The position numbers were made by a program, and so were the translations under genes. Shown here piece after piece: positions 27,963 through 37,145 of a stretch of 64,000 nt of DNA (its first letter is position 1; every line of letters starts with the position of its first letter). The DNA comes from an uncultured Erysipelotrichaceae bacterium (GTDB lineage: Bacteria > Bacillota_I > Bacilli_A > Erysipelotrichales > Erysipelotrichaceae): positions 513-64,512 of the forward strand of contig CALCFG010000136.1 of assembly GCA_937900565.1 (NCBI GenBank), written 5' to 3'. The notes below the pieces were generated by a model. It made no database searches, was not told the origin of the DNA, and worked only from the letters and a program-made list of their open reading frames with translations.

Positions 27963-27982
27963 TTTAGCATAATTACGCTAAA
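27963..27982. promoter_or_regulatory. TA promoter/operator: palindrome TTTAGC-N8-GCTAAA overlapping an extended -10 (TGCTAAAAT on the minus strand)
   Basis: The minus strand reads TTTAGCGTAATTATGCTAAAATTTACTAAAGGAGAAATAGTATG. Confidence 0.5.
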
Positions 27983-28010
27983 TCCTCAAATTATTATTCA
28001 AAATTTAGTT

Positions 28011-28065
28011 AATAAAACAGCACTTTTGATTAATTGGCTAAAAAGGCAAACTATTTGTTTAAAAT
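28011..28065 (+). repeat. direct repeat copy B flanking the TA cassette
   Basis: AATAAAA-CAGCA-CTTTTGATTAATT-GGCTAA...TATTTGTTTAAAA. The identical 13-nt core is at 28023-28035, 695 bp from copy A. Confidence 0.6.
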
Positions 28066-28149
28066 GGCACGTGAATCATTTAACAAGCAACAATATTAAG
28101 CGTAGAATGGGATTAGAAATAAAGGTAAGCTTTATTCAAGGAGGAAAGT

Positions 28150-29556
28150 ATGAGCTCGAATACAAAAGAGCAACATGGTCTAAACAAAAGCTTGAAATTA
28201 ATTTTTGTTTATACCGTTGCGACTGGATCGATTTTCACATTCGTAAACTATTGGGATTCAGTATTTTATGGATATTGTGGATCTGGTACATTTCTAGCCT
28301 TTGCCTTAATGACAATCGCAATTTTGCCTGTAGCATTGGTGTACAGTGAGTTGGCCTCATTGTTCCATACAGGTGGGGGAGAGTTAGTTTATAATACCGT
28401 CGGTATTAATAAACATGTTGGTTTTTTAGCGTCATGGTTGATCATGGCGGCGTGGATTTCAGTACCACCTGCTGTTGTTATGGCGATTATGACATGGGTC
28501 AATAAGACATTTGCACTAAATCTATCGACAATGGTAATGGTGGGTTGTGCAGCAGTGTTATTGGTTTTGTATTTTTTAATGAGTATTCAAAATGTGCAAT
28601 TTTTAGTAAAAGCGCAAGCCGTGATGTTATTTTGTAATATCGCAGTAACCATATTAACTGGATTTATTCTTTTATTTTCAGGTCATTGGAGCTTTGCTAA
28701 TTTTGGAAATTTATTTGAAACAACATTGCAACCAATTGCTGGTGTTCCAGGATGGATTATTGGAATGGCATTATTGATTACACCTTATTTTGGTTTTGAA
28801 ACAGTACCACAAATGGTAGAAGAAGGGGACTTCCCAATTAAGAATTCGAAAAAAGCAATTTGTGGCTCTATTCTAACGTGTGGAACGATTTATGTATTTT
28901 ATTATTTCTGTGTTGCAGGTTTGGATGGATTGAATGGTGTATTTACAACTGCTGCACAAGATGGATTCTTAACCATTACAACAATGCAACAAACAATGGG
29001 TTGGACATTTTGGCCACTTGTTGTAGGTATCTTATCATGCTTATTGGGTATGGGTGCATCGTTGCTCGGTTTCTGGATGTCAACGGTGAGAATGTTGTAT
29101 TCCATGGCGAATAAGAATTTCTTACCGAAAGCTTTTGCTAAAGTTAATAAACATCAACAACCATTGTTACCAAATATCTTCTTATTGGTATTATCACTTG
29201 TATTTATCGTATTGCAAAACTCTTCTGACTTTATGAGTGCATTCTTTAATTTAATGAGTTTTGGCTGTGCATGTGCGTATGCATTAACAATGATATCTGC
29301 CATTATGATTCATCATAAACATCCAAATTGGGTTAGTGAGAACCAAGTTAAGGGTGGTGATGCATTTAGGGCATTGGCATGTTTGATAGCAGTATTGATT
29401 GCATTTTTCTGTACGTTAGGTCAAGGTATTGATTCGTGGATTTGTTTTGCAGCATATCTTGGTGTGGGTGTGATTTTATGGTTATGGATGGTTTTGTTCT
29501 ATTGGAAAAAACATCCCGTAGAAATTGAAACACCGGATGGTATACAAAAATTCTAA
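28150..29556 (+). CDS. APC-superfamily amino acid/polyamine permease
   Basis: 468 aa with about 12 TM helices. N-terminal LIFVYTVATGSIFTF...YSELAS pattern. SD AAGGAGGAAAG. Confidence 0.7.
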   Translation: MSSNTKEQHGLNKSLKLIFVYTVATGSIFTFVNYWDSVFYGYCGSGTFLAFALMTIAILPVALVYSELASLFHTGGGELVYNTVGINKHVGFLASWLIMAAWISVPPAVVMAIMTWVNKTFALNLSTMVMVGCAAVLLVLYFLMSIQNVQFLVKAQAVMLFCNIAVTILTGFILLFSGHWSFANFGNLFETTLQPIAGVPGWIIGMALLITPYFGFETVPQMVEEGDFPIKNSKKAICGSILTCGTIYVFYYFCVAGLDGLNGVFTTAAQDGFLTITTMQQTMGWTFWPLVVGILSCLLGMGASLLGFWMSTVRMLYSMANKNFLPKAFAKVNKHQQPLLPNIFLLVLSLVFIVLQNSSDFMSAFFNLMSFGCACAYALTMISAIMIHHKHPNWVSENQVKGGDAFRALACLIAVLIAFFCTLGQGIDSWICFAAYLGVGVILWLWMVLFYWKKHPVEIETPDGIQKF

Positions 29557-29580
29557 GATTGCAAAGGAGGATTATTAGTT

Positions 29581-30378
29581 ATGGCAAAATTAGATGGTAA
29601 AGTTGCATTGGTAACGGGTGCAGCAGCAGGTTTAGGTGAAGGTATAGCACAAGTTTATGCAAAATACGGAGCAAAATTGTGTTTGGTTGATTTGAGTGAA
29701 GATGTGCATAAAGTAGCGCAACACTTAAAAGATGAATATGGTACGGAAGTTATTAGTGTGATAGCTAACGTTGCCAATAAACAACAATTAATTGATGCTG
29801 CGCAAAAAGCAGTGGATACATTTGGCTCTTTAGATATTGCATGTGCTAATGCCGGAGTATGTCGGTTAGCACCATTTGAAACAATGAGTGATGATATTCG
29901 TGATTTCCATATCGACGTGAATATCAAAGGGGCATGGAATACTTGTCAAGCAGTTATTCCACACATGCTAAATCAAGGTAAAGGCTCCATTGTTATTGCT
30001 TCCAGTGTTACCGGTGATATTGTTGCTGATGGTGGTGAAGCAGCTTATGCAATGAGTAAAGCAGCATTGGTTGGCTTAACGAAATGCTTAGCGGTTGAAT
30101 ATGCCGAACGTAATATTCGCGTAAACTGTTCACAATTAGGGTATGCACGTACGCCAATGGTTGAAAAGATGGCGGTTGAATCCAATCCGGAAAATCCAGA
30201 ACAAGCCATACAAGATATTGCAGTTAACGTACCAATGAAACGTTTAGCTAAACCAACAGAAGTTGGAGAATTGTTTGCTTTCTTAGGAAGTGACGAAGCA
30301 AGTTACATTACCGGTGGTCAATTTGTTATTGATGGTGGTGCAACGTTACCAGAAACAATGAGCATGGGTACGAATTAA
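29581..30378 (+). CDS. SDR-family oxidoreductase
   Basis: KVALVTGAAAGLGEGIA (TGxxxGxG), NAG, and YAMSKAAL catalytic Y-x3-K. Confidence 0.85.
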   Translation: MAKLDGKVALVTGAAAGLGEGIAQVYAKYGAKLCLVDLSEDVHKVAQHLKDEYGTEVISVIANVANKQQLIDAAQKAVDTFGSLDIACANAGVCRLAPFETMSDDIRDFHIDVNIKGAWNTCQAVIPHMLNQGKGSIVIASSVTGDIVADGGEAAYAMSKAALVGLTKCLAVEYAERNIRVNCSQLGYARTPMVEKMAVESNPENPEQAIQDIAVNVPMKRLAKPTEVGELFAFLGSDEASYITGGQFVIDGGATLPETMSMGTN

Positions 30379-30402
30379 TTATTTATTCATATCAACTTAA
30401 CA

Positions 30403-30433
30403 AAACCAGTAGTCTAATGCCTACTGGTTTTTA
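30403..30433 (+). terminator. rho-independent terminator
   Basis: AAACCAGTAG-loop-CTACTGGTTT followed by TT. Confidence 0.75.
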
Positions 30434-30531
30434 TGTGTTGATAACAGGGCTATTATTTACTCTAATATTTTTTGAAAAGTTATTTCATAAGCGCTTTAGT
30501 TTCTGGCAAATGGTGCTAAATTGATCAAAAT

Positions 30532-30543
30532 TGAACATGTTCA
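30532..30543. promoter_or_regulatory. operator-like perfect palindrome TGAACATGTTCA (site 1)
   Basis: Embedded in AAAATTGAACATGTTCATTAAAAT, about 200 bp upstream of glgB. Confidence 0.4.
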
Positions 30544-30574
30544 TTAAAATTTAGTTCAGTTTTACCATTAAAAA

Positions 30575-30586
30575 TGAACTTGTTCA
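30575..30586. promoter_or_regulatory. operator-like palindrome TGAACTTGTTCA (site 2)
   Basis: Embedded in AAAAATGAACTTGTTCATTATAAAAT, 43 bp (about 4 helical turns) from site 1. Confidence 0.4.
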
Positions 30587-30744
30587 TTATAAAATGGAAT
30601 CGCTTACAAGATTTGAAATATTACGATAAGTATCGTTATTTTTAAAGTTTTATAAAATGCTGAATTTTTATGACTTAGCAGGCAAGTTAAATTAGCGTGA
30701 TTTGCTAAGCATTCAATTTTATAAAACAGGAGTAAAATAAAGTC

Positions 30745-32565
30745 ATGAGTAGCTTTGATTATTATTACAGCGGATTGGAAGCATACGCTTATCGAATTTT
30801 TGGCGCCCATGTTCAAGGGGACCATACTACTTTTACGGTTTGGGCACCAAGGGCACAAAAAATTCAATTAATTGGTTCTTTTGATAATTGGAGTTGTGAA
30901 GGGAATGAATTTACCCGTATTGATGATCGGGGCATTTGGCAAGTTAGTGCCAAATGTAAGGAAGGAGATTATTATAAGTTCCGAATAACACAAGCCAATG
31001 GTACGATTGTGGATAAGATAGATCCATATGCATTGGAAAGTGAATTAAGACCCAATACAGCTTCGAAAATTGCACGACGGGATTATCACTGGAATGATGA
31101 TGTTTGGATGAAAAAACGCCGTGTTAACTTTGATCAACCGATGAATATTTATGAATTATTTGCAGGTTCATTTAAATTACATGATGGAAAATGTTCATAT
31201 ACAACGCTAAAAGAAGATTTAATTCCTTATCTTTTGGAAAATCATTACACGCACGTAGAGTTTATGCCATTGAGTGAATATCCATTTGATGGATCTTGGG
31301 GTTATCAAGTATCGGGATATTATTCAACCACAAGCCGTTATGGCACAATGGATGAATTAAAGGCTTTGATTGATGCGTTGCATCAAGCAGGCATTGGGGT
31401 GATTTTTGATTTTGTTCCTGTACACTTTGTTTCCGATAATTACGCCTTAGCAAACTATGATGGGACTCCTTGTTATGAATATGCCAATAGTGTGTCGCAA
31501 TGGGGAACAAGTAACTTTGACTTTGGTAAAGGGGAAGTACAATCCTTCTTAATGAGTTGTGCAAACTATTGGTTAAATGAAATGCATGGTGATGGGTTAC
31601 GGATGGATGCTATCAGCAATTTAATCTTTTATGAAGGGGATAAACGTAGGGGTCAAAATAATGCAGCCATTGCGTTTATTCGTCGTATGAATGATACATT
31701 GCATGAATTAAATCCTTCGTGCATGTTAATTGCTGAAGATTCCACTGATTTTGCCAATGTAACCAAATCTAGCAAAGAAAATGGGTTAGGATTTGACTAT
31801 AAATGGGATTTAGGTTGGATGAATGATACATTATCTTATTTAAAGAAAGATCCTATTTACCGTCAATATCATCACAATGATATGACATTCTCAATGGCTT
31901 ATTTCTATTCTGAACGATTTATCATGGAATTTAGTCATGATGAAGTGGTGCATGGAAAAGCAACCATTGTGAATAAAATGTGGGGTACTTATGAGCAAAA
32001 ATTTGCGCAAGCGAGAGCCTTATACATTTATATGATGACTCACCCTGGTAAGAAATTAAACTTTATGGGAAATGAGTTAGGTATGTTTCGAGAATTTGAT
32101 GAGAAACAAGAAAATGATTGGGACTTATTAAAATATCCAATGCATGATGGTTTTCATCGATTCATGAAAGATTTAAATAAATTGTATATTAGCTATGATG
32201 CATTGTATCAACGGGATTATGATCCGTTAGCATTTGAATGGAGCAATGCAGATGATAAAGATCACAATGTATTTACCTATATTCGCTATGGTAAAGAAGA
32301 GTCATTAGTGGTTGCGATTAATTTTTCACCAAATCGTTACCAAAACTATCAAATTGAAGTACCGTTTACTGGACAATATAAAGAAGTATTAAGCTCAAAT
32401 GCAGCAACTTATGGTGGTAACGGTATTGTTAATGATAAAGTGATACGAAGTAAAAAAATAGCGCATAGTCATCGTTTTGTGAATGGAATTACTGTTGATT
32501 TAGATGGCTTTAGTGCAAGCGTATTTAAAGTAAAACACAAAGGGAAATGGAGACAAGGATGTTAA
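30745..32565 (+). CDS. glgB: 1,4-alpha-glucan branching enzyme (GH13)
   Basis: FGAH....TFTVWAP N-domain, HVEFMPL.EYPFDGSWGYQ, GIGVIFDFVPVHF, GLRMDA, AEDST, SHDEV. Confidence 0.9.
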   Translation: MSSFDYYYSGLEAYAYRIFGAHVQGDHTTFTVWAPRAQKIQLIGSFDNWSCEGNEFTRIDDRGIWQVSAKCKEGDYYKFRITQANGTIVDKIDPYALESELRPNTASKIARRDYHWNDDVWMKKRRVNFDQPMNIYELFAGSFKLHDGKCSYTTLKEDLIPYLLENHYTHVEFMPLSEYPFDGSWGYQVSGYYSTTSRYGTMDELKALIDALHQAGIGVIFDFVPVHFVSDNYALANYDGTPCYEYANSVSQWGTSNFDFGKGEVQSFLMSCANYWLNEMHGDGLRMDAISNLIFYEGDKRRGQNNAAIAFIRRMNDTLHELNPSCMLIAEDSTDFANVTKSSKENGLGFDYKWDLGWMNDTLSYLKKDPIYRQYHHNDMTFSMAYFYSERFIMEFSHDEVVHGKATIVNKMWGTYEQKFAQARALYIYMMTHPGKKLNFMGNELGMFREFDEKQENDWDLLKYPMHDGFHRFMKDLNKLYISYDALYQRDYDPLAFEWSNADDKDHNVFTYIRYGKEESLVVAINFSPNRYQNYQIEVPFTGQYKEVLSSNAATYGGNGIVNDKVIRSKKIAHSHRFVNGITVDLDGFSASVFKVKHKGKWRQGC

Positions 32566-34961
32566 ACTTAACGAAAGAAGAATTTAAGAAAAGCTATGTT
32601 GATAGCATGGCGACAGTATTTGGACGTGTTATGGAGAAGGCAAGTCCAATTGAACAATATATTGTATTAGGGGATTTTGTTCGTGGATATGCCGCTAAAA
32701 ACTGGATGGTATCTAAGGAAAATTCTGCGAAAAAAGGCGATAAACAAATGTACTATTTTTCAATGGAATTTTTGATGGGACGCTTGTTAACCAATAACTT
32801 AATGAATTTGGGGATTTATGATGTGGTTAAAGAGGGGTTAGCTGAATTAAATATCGATTTAGAAAGCTTGGAAGATTTGGAAGCTGATGCTGGTCTTGGT
32901 AATGGGGGATTAGGAAGATTAGCGGCTTGTTTTATGGATTCCATTGTAAGTAATAACTACATTGGTAATGGGAACTGTATTCGTTATCGTTATGGATTTT
33001 TCAAACAAAAAATTGACCATAATAAACAGGTTGAAGTACCCGATTTATGGTTAAAACTTGGTAATGTTTGGGAAACTAAGAAACCAAATAACGCTGTTTT
33101 AGTTAAATTTGGTGGATATATTCAACAAAATTGGGATGGGCAACACTTTAAATTTGAACAAAAAGACGCAACGGTTATTCAAGCAGTTCCTTACGATATG
33201 CCTATTGTTGGTTACAATACACCATTAACCAATACATTACGTTTATGGGATGCGCAACCTGTGGAAGAAGAATTAATTGGTAATACGAGTGACTATTTAA
33301 AATTGATTGATGATTTAACCAGTTGCTTATATCCAAATGACAGTACGGAAGATGGTAAAAAACTTCGTTTAAAACAACAATATTTCTTTGTAAGTGCGGG
33401 TATTCAAACAATTATTAATGATCATCATAACCGTAATCATTATCCTTTGGAAGATTTACCAAATAAAGTTGCGATCCAATTAAATGATACACATCCAGTA
33501 TTGGTTATTCCTGAAATGATGCGTATTTTAATGGATGATTATCAAATGGATTGGGATCAAGCATGGGATATTGTCACTAAATGTTGTGCATACACTAATC
33601 ATACTGTGCTCGCCGAAGCATTGGAAAAATGGCCAATTCATTATTTTGAACAAATATTGCCACGTATTATGATGATTATTAATGAAATTCAACGTCGCTT
33701 CGTTGTTGAATTAAACCATACTTATAAACGCAGTGATTTAATTCATGAATTAAGCATCATTAAAGATGGTCAAGTTCATATGGCCAATTTAGCTATTGTG
33801 GGAAGTCATGCCATTAATGGTGTTGCTGCATTGCATACAGAAATCTTAAAAGAATCAGTATTCAATGGATTCTATTCTATTTGGCCAGAAAAATTTACCA
33901 ATAAAACCAATGGGGTGACCCATCGTCGTTGGTTAATGTATTCTAACCCACAATTAACCAAATTATTGGATGATACCATTGGGGATAGTTGGAAAACTAA
34001 CCCGAGTGATTTAGCTAAATTAAATGATTACGTGGATGATTCAAACGTGCAACAACGTTTCTTAGCGATTAAAAAAGAACGTAAAGAAATTTTAGCTCAA
34101 TATATTGATGAAAAATTGGGCGTAAAGCTTGATACTGACAGTTTGTTTGACGTGATTGCTAAACGTTTCCATGCTTATAAACGTCAATTAATGGATTTAT
34201 TGCATATTATGTATTTGATCCAACGTATTCGCACAGAACCAGACTTTAGACCTGCAAAACACACATTCTTCTTTGCAGGTAAGGCAGCAGGGGCTTATGT
34301 GTTTGCGAAAGAATGCATTCAATTAGCCAATGCTTTAATGGAAGTTGTTAATAACGATCCATTATTAAGTCAATACATCAACGTTGTTTTTGTTCCTAAC
34401 TATGGGGTAAGTATTGCACAAATCTTATTGAATGCTGCGGATGTTTCGGAACAAATTTCTACTGCAGGTAAAGAAGCAAGTGGAACAAGTAATATGAAAT
34501 TTATGATGAATGGAGCCATTACATTGGGAACGATGGATGGAGCTAATGTTGAAATTGTTAAATATGCTGGTATTGAAAATGAAGAAATTTTTGGTTTAAG
34601 CAGTGATGAAGTGGAACAATTGAAGTTCGAAAATTCTTATTCAGTGCATCAATTATTAAATTCAGATCCAACATTAAAAGCTGTGGTTGAAGCATTAGTG
34701 GATGGTTCCATTGTGAATGATCAATTCAGAAATATTTACAATGAATTGTTCTATAAAAACGATGAATATTTAGTATTAAAAGACTTCTGGTCATATGCCC
34801 AAGCACAAGAAAACATTTGTGCTCGTTACAGTGATAAGGCCGGCTGGGCAAGGGCTTGTTTAAAAAATATTGCGAATAGTGGATATTTCTCTTCTGATCG
34901 TACAATTGAAGAGTATGTCCGCGATATTTGGCATCTCGATAAGATTAATCCAAATGCGTAA
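32559..34961 (+). CDS. glgP: glycogen/maltodextrin phosphorylase (GT35)
   Basis: YYFSMEFLMGR, GLGNGGLGRLAACF, EASGTSNMKFMMNGA (PLP lysine region). ATG 32559 follows GGAGACAAGG. Confidence 0.9.
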   Translation: MLNLTKEEFKKSYVDSMATVFGRVMEKASPIEQYIVLGDFVRGYAAKNWMVSKENSAKKGDKQMYYFSMEFLMGRLLTNNLMNLGIYDVVKEGLAELNIDLESLEDLEADAGLGNGGLGRLAACFMDSIVSNNYIGNGNCIRYRYGFFKQKIDHNKQVEVPDLWLKLGNVWETKKPNNAVLVKFGGYIQQNWDGQHFKFEQKDATVIQAVPYDMPIVGYNTPLTNTLRLWDAQPVEEELIGNTSDYLKLIDDLTSCLYPNDSTEDGKKLRLKQQYFFVSAGIQTIINDHHNRNHYPLEDLPNKVAIQLNDTHPVLVIPEMMRILMDDYQMDWDQAWDIVTKCCAYTNHTVLAEALEKWPIHYFEQILPRIMMIINEIQRRFVVELNHTYKRSDLIHELSIIKDGQVHMANLAIVGSHAINGVAALHTEILKESVFNGFYSIWPEKFTNKTNGVTHRRWLMYSNPQLTKLLDDTIGDSWKTNPSDLAKLNDYVDDSNVQQRFLAIKKERKEILAQYIDEKLGVKLDTDSLFDVIAKRFHAYKRQLMDLLHIMYLIQRIRTEPDFRPAKHTFFFAGKAAGAYVFAKECIQLANALMEVVNNDPLLSQYINVVFVPNYGVSIAQILLNAADVSEQISTAGKEASGTSNMKFMMNGAITLGTMDGANVEIVKYAGIENEEIFGLSSDEVEQLKFENSYSVHQLLNSDPTLKAVVEALVDGSIVNDQFRNIYNELFYKNDEYLVLKDFWSYAQAQENICARYSDKAGWARACLKNIANSGYFSSDRTIEEYVRDIWHLDKINPNA

Positions 34962-37029
34962 GATCAGCGCCTTCGAAGCGTATCTTGATCGGCCAGATAC
35001 TATTACGATTTATATGAGTGAACTCCACTACGGTGGAGTTTCCTCATCATTTGTCTTATTTGATGAACTTGATCAATCGATTCCATTAGAAATAATATCA
35101 ACTACTGTTGGGGATGATCATTACCATACGTACCAATGTCAATTCTATAATCCGTTGCAATATGGGCGTCATTACGATGTTGTGGATTGTCATGGGCGGG
35201 TAACACCATTACGGTATGGCCAAGTAATTAAAAGTAAACACTTTAACGATTTATTTACAACTAAGCGCCCATTGGGTGCTTATGTGGAAAATGGGGCAAC
35301 AACATTTACGGTATGGGCACCAACAAGCAGTATGGCTGCGTTGTCAGTGCTTAATGAAGATGGGGTTAATGAAGTGCATTGGTTAAATCGTTGCACGGAT
35401 GGTACGTTTTCCATTACATTAAATAAGAATTACCATAAATGTCGGTATTATTACATAGTTAAAAACAATGGAAAAATACGACAAATAATTGATCCTTATG
35501 GGATAGCTTCGACACCAAATGGACGCTTTAGTGTTGTGGTGGATGAAAGTAAATTATCGAAAACTAAAGTTAAAGTAAAACCGATTAAACATGCAAATGA
35601 TGCCATTATTTACGAATGCAATATTAGAGATTTAACGCCAGAGCATACGTTTAAAGCATTATGTACCAATCGGAAATATGTGTTGGATTATATTAAAGAT
35701 TTAGGGGTTACGCATTTACAAATTATGCCAGTATTGGACTATGGTAGTGTGGATGAAACCAACGTTAATCGTTTATATAATTGGGGTTATGATACGGACA
35801 GTTGGTTTGGATTGGAAAATAGTTATTCATCCAATCCATATGACCCGATTCAAGTTATTGAAGATTTTAAAGAATTTGTGAATACTGTCCATAGCATGGG
35901 CATGAAAGTTATTGTGGATGTTGTGTATAACCATGTTTTTGAATTGAAAACCAGTGCTTATTACAATATTTGTCCTTATTATTTCTTTCAAATCGATTCT
36001 TTTGAAGTTGTGAGTAACTCAAGTGGTTGTGGTAACGATATTGACAGTACACAACCGATGGTTCAACGCTTTATTTTAGATAGTATTGCACATTTATTTT
36101 CTTGGTATGACATTGATGGAATACGTTTGGATTTAATGGGTATATTAGACTATCAAACAGTCAATCAAATTCATAGTTTAGCTGTAAAGTATAAAATAGA
36201 TGCATTAGTTTATGGCGAAGGTTGGAATATGCCGAGTTACTTAGAAGAAAGTAAACGTGCATCGATAAATAATGCTTCGAAAACGCCACAAGTTGGATAT
36301 TTTTCGGATATCCTTAGAGATTCCATTAAAGGAAGCCTATTTGGTAATGATTTTAGTGGTGGATTTGCATGTGCTAATGCACAATGGTTGCATAAGTGCA
36401 TGAATTCGTTACAAGCAAGTGTTTTGGATTTTGGTTATCGCAAAGTGTTTGTTAATGTAACGCAAGCCATTAACTATACGGAATGTCATGATAATATGAC
36501 AGTTTATGATCAATATCATAAATACTTCCAAGAATCCGAGGAACAAACATTGCGTCGATGTTTATTAACCTTAACAATAACCATCTTAGCGCAAGGCATT
36601 CCTTTTATTCACTCTGGACAAGAATTTGCACGCACTAAAAATGGAGTGGAAAACTCTTATGATAAAGGGGATGATATTAATCGTATGGATTGGGCAAGAG
36701 CTAAGGCCAATGGTTGGATGGTTGATTACGTTCGTAATGTTATTAATATTCGAAAAAAATACCCACATTTCCATTTAGAACAGGATATTGGTTCACATGT
36801 TTATTTTGAACATGTGGATGGTAAGTTGTTAATGTATGAAATTGAAGTAAATGATACAACATTAATTATCTTTTTTAATCCTACCTATCATACTTACCAT
36901 TACCATTTTCAATTTGGTATGCAACAAATCTTGGATGAACAAGGTTCTTTAGAAACGGTGGATAATGTATTTGAAACAAGTATTGCACCAATTTCCACTA
37001 AAATATTTGCTTATAAGAAGAAGGACTAA
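34954..37029 (+). CDS. pulA: type I pullulanase / glycogen debranching enzyme (GH13)
   Basis: LGAY....TFTVWAP, YNWGYD, VIVDVVYNH, GIRLDLMG, YGEGW, and ECHDN conserved regions. Confidence 0.8.
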   Translation: MRKISAFEAYLDRPDTITIYMSELHYGGVSSSFVLFDELDQSIPLEIISTTVGDDHYHTYQCQFYNPLQYGRHYDVVDCHGRVTPLRYGQVIKSKHFNDLFTTKRPLGAYVENGATTFTVWAPTSSMAALSVLNEDGVNEVHWLNRCTDGTFSITLNKNYHKCRYYYIVKNNGKIRQIIDPYGIASTPNGRFSVVVDESKLSKTKVKVKPIKHANDAIIYECNIRDLTPEHTFKALCTNRKYVLDYIKDLGVTHLQIMPVLDYGSVDETNVNRLYNWGYDTDSWFGLENSYSSNPYDPIQVIEDFKEFVNTVHSMGMKVIVDVVYNHVFELKTSAYYNICPYYFFQIDSFEVVSNSSGCGNDIDSTQPMVQRFILDSIAHLFSWYDIDGIRLDLMGILDYQTVNQIHSLAVKYKIDALVYGEGWNMPSYLEESKRASINNASKTPQVGYFSDILRDSIKGSLFGNDFSGGFACANAQWLHKCMNSLQASVLDFGYRKVFVNVTQAINYTECHDNMTVYDQYHKYFQESEEQTLRRCLLTLTITILAQGIPFIHSGQEFARTKNGVENSYDKGDDINRMDWARAKANGWMVDYVRNVINIRKKYPHFHLEQDIGSHVYFEHVDGKLLMYEIEVNDTTLIIFFNPTYHTYHYHFQFGMQQILDEQGSLETVDNVFETSIAPISTKIFAYKKKD

Positions 37030-37045
37030 TACCTTCTTCTTTTAA
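37015..37045 (+). terminator. rho-independent terminator overlapping the pulA stop
   Basis: AAGAAGAAGG-ACTAATA-CCTTCTTCTT followed by TT. Confidence 0.75.
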
Positions 37046-37145
37046 TTTGAAAATAATCTAAATTTTTTCAACAAATTAGAAAGTGTAATTCGGTTACTTT
37101 TTAACAATAGGAATATAATTGTGATTAAGAAAGAAGGATCTTACG

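Noticed and set aside
28026-28349. 107-aa plus-strand ORF overlapping the permease start
   Set aside because: It is out of frame with the well-supported APC permease, which has a strong SD at 28138-28148. It begins with a non-ATG start and has no SD.
30532-30586. LexA (Cheo box), cre or Rex identity for the TGAACWTGTTCA palindromes
   Set aside because: The Cheo box needs GAAC-N4-GTTC, but the spacing here is N2. There is no CG core for cre and no TTGTGAA/TTCACAA halves for Rex.
30604-30867. 87-aa minus-strand ORF overlapping the glgB start
   Set aside because: It is antisense to the glgB 5' end and its upstream region. It has no SD and no recognisable motif.
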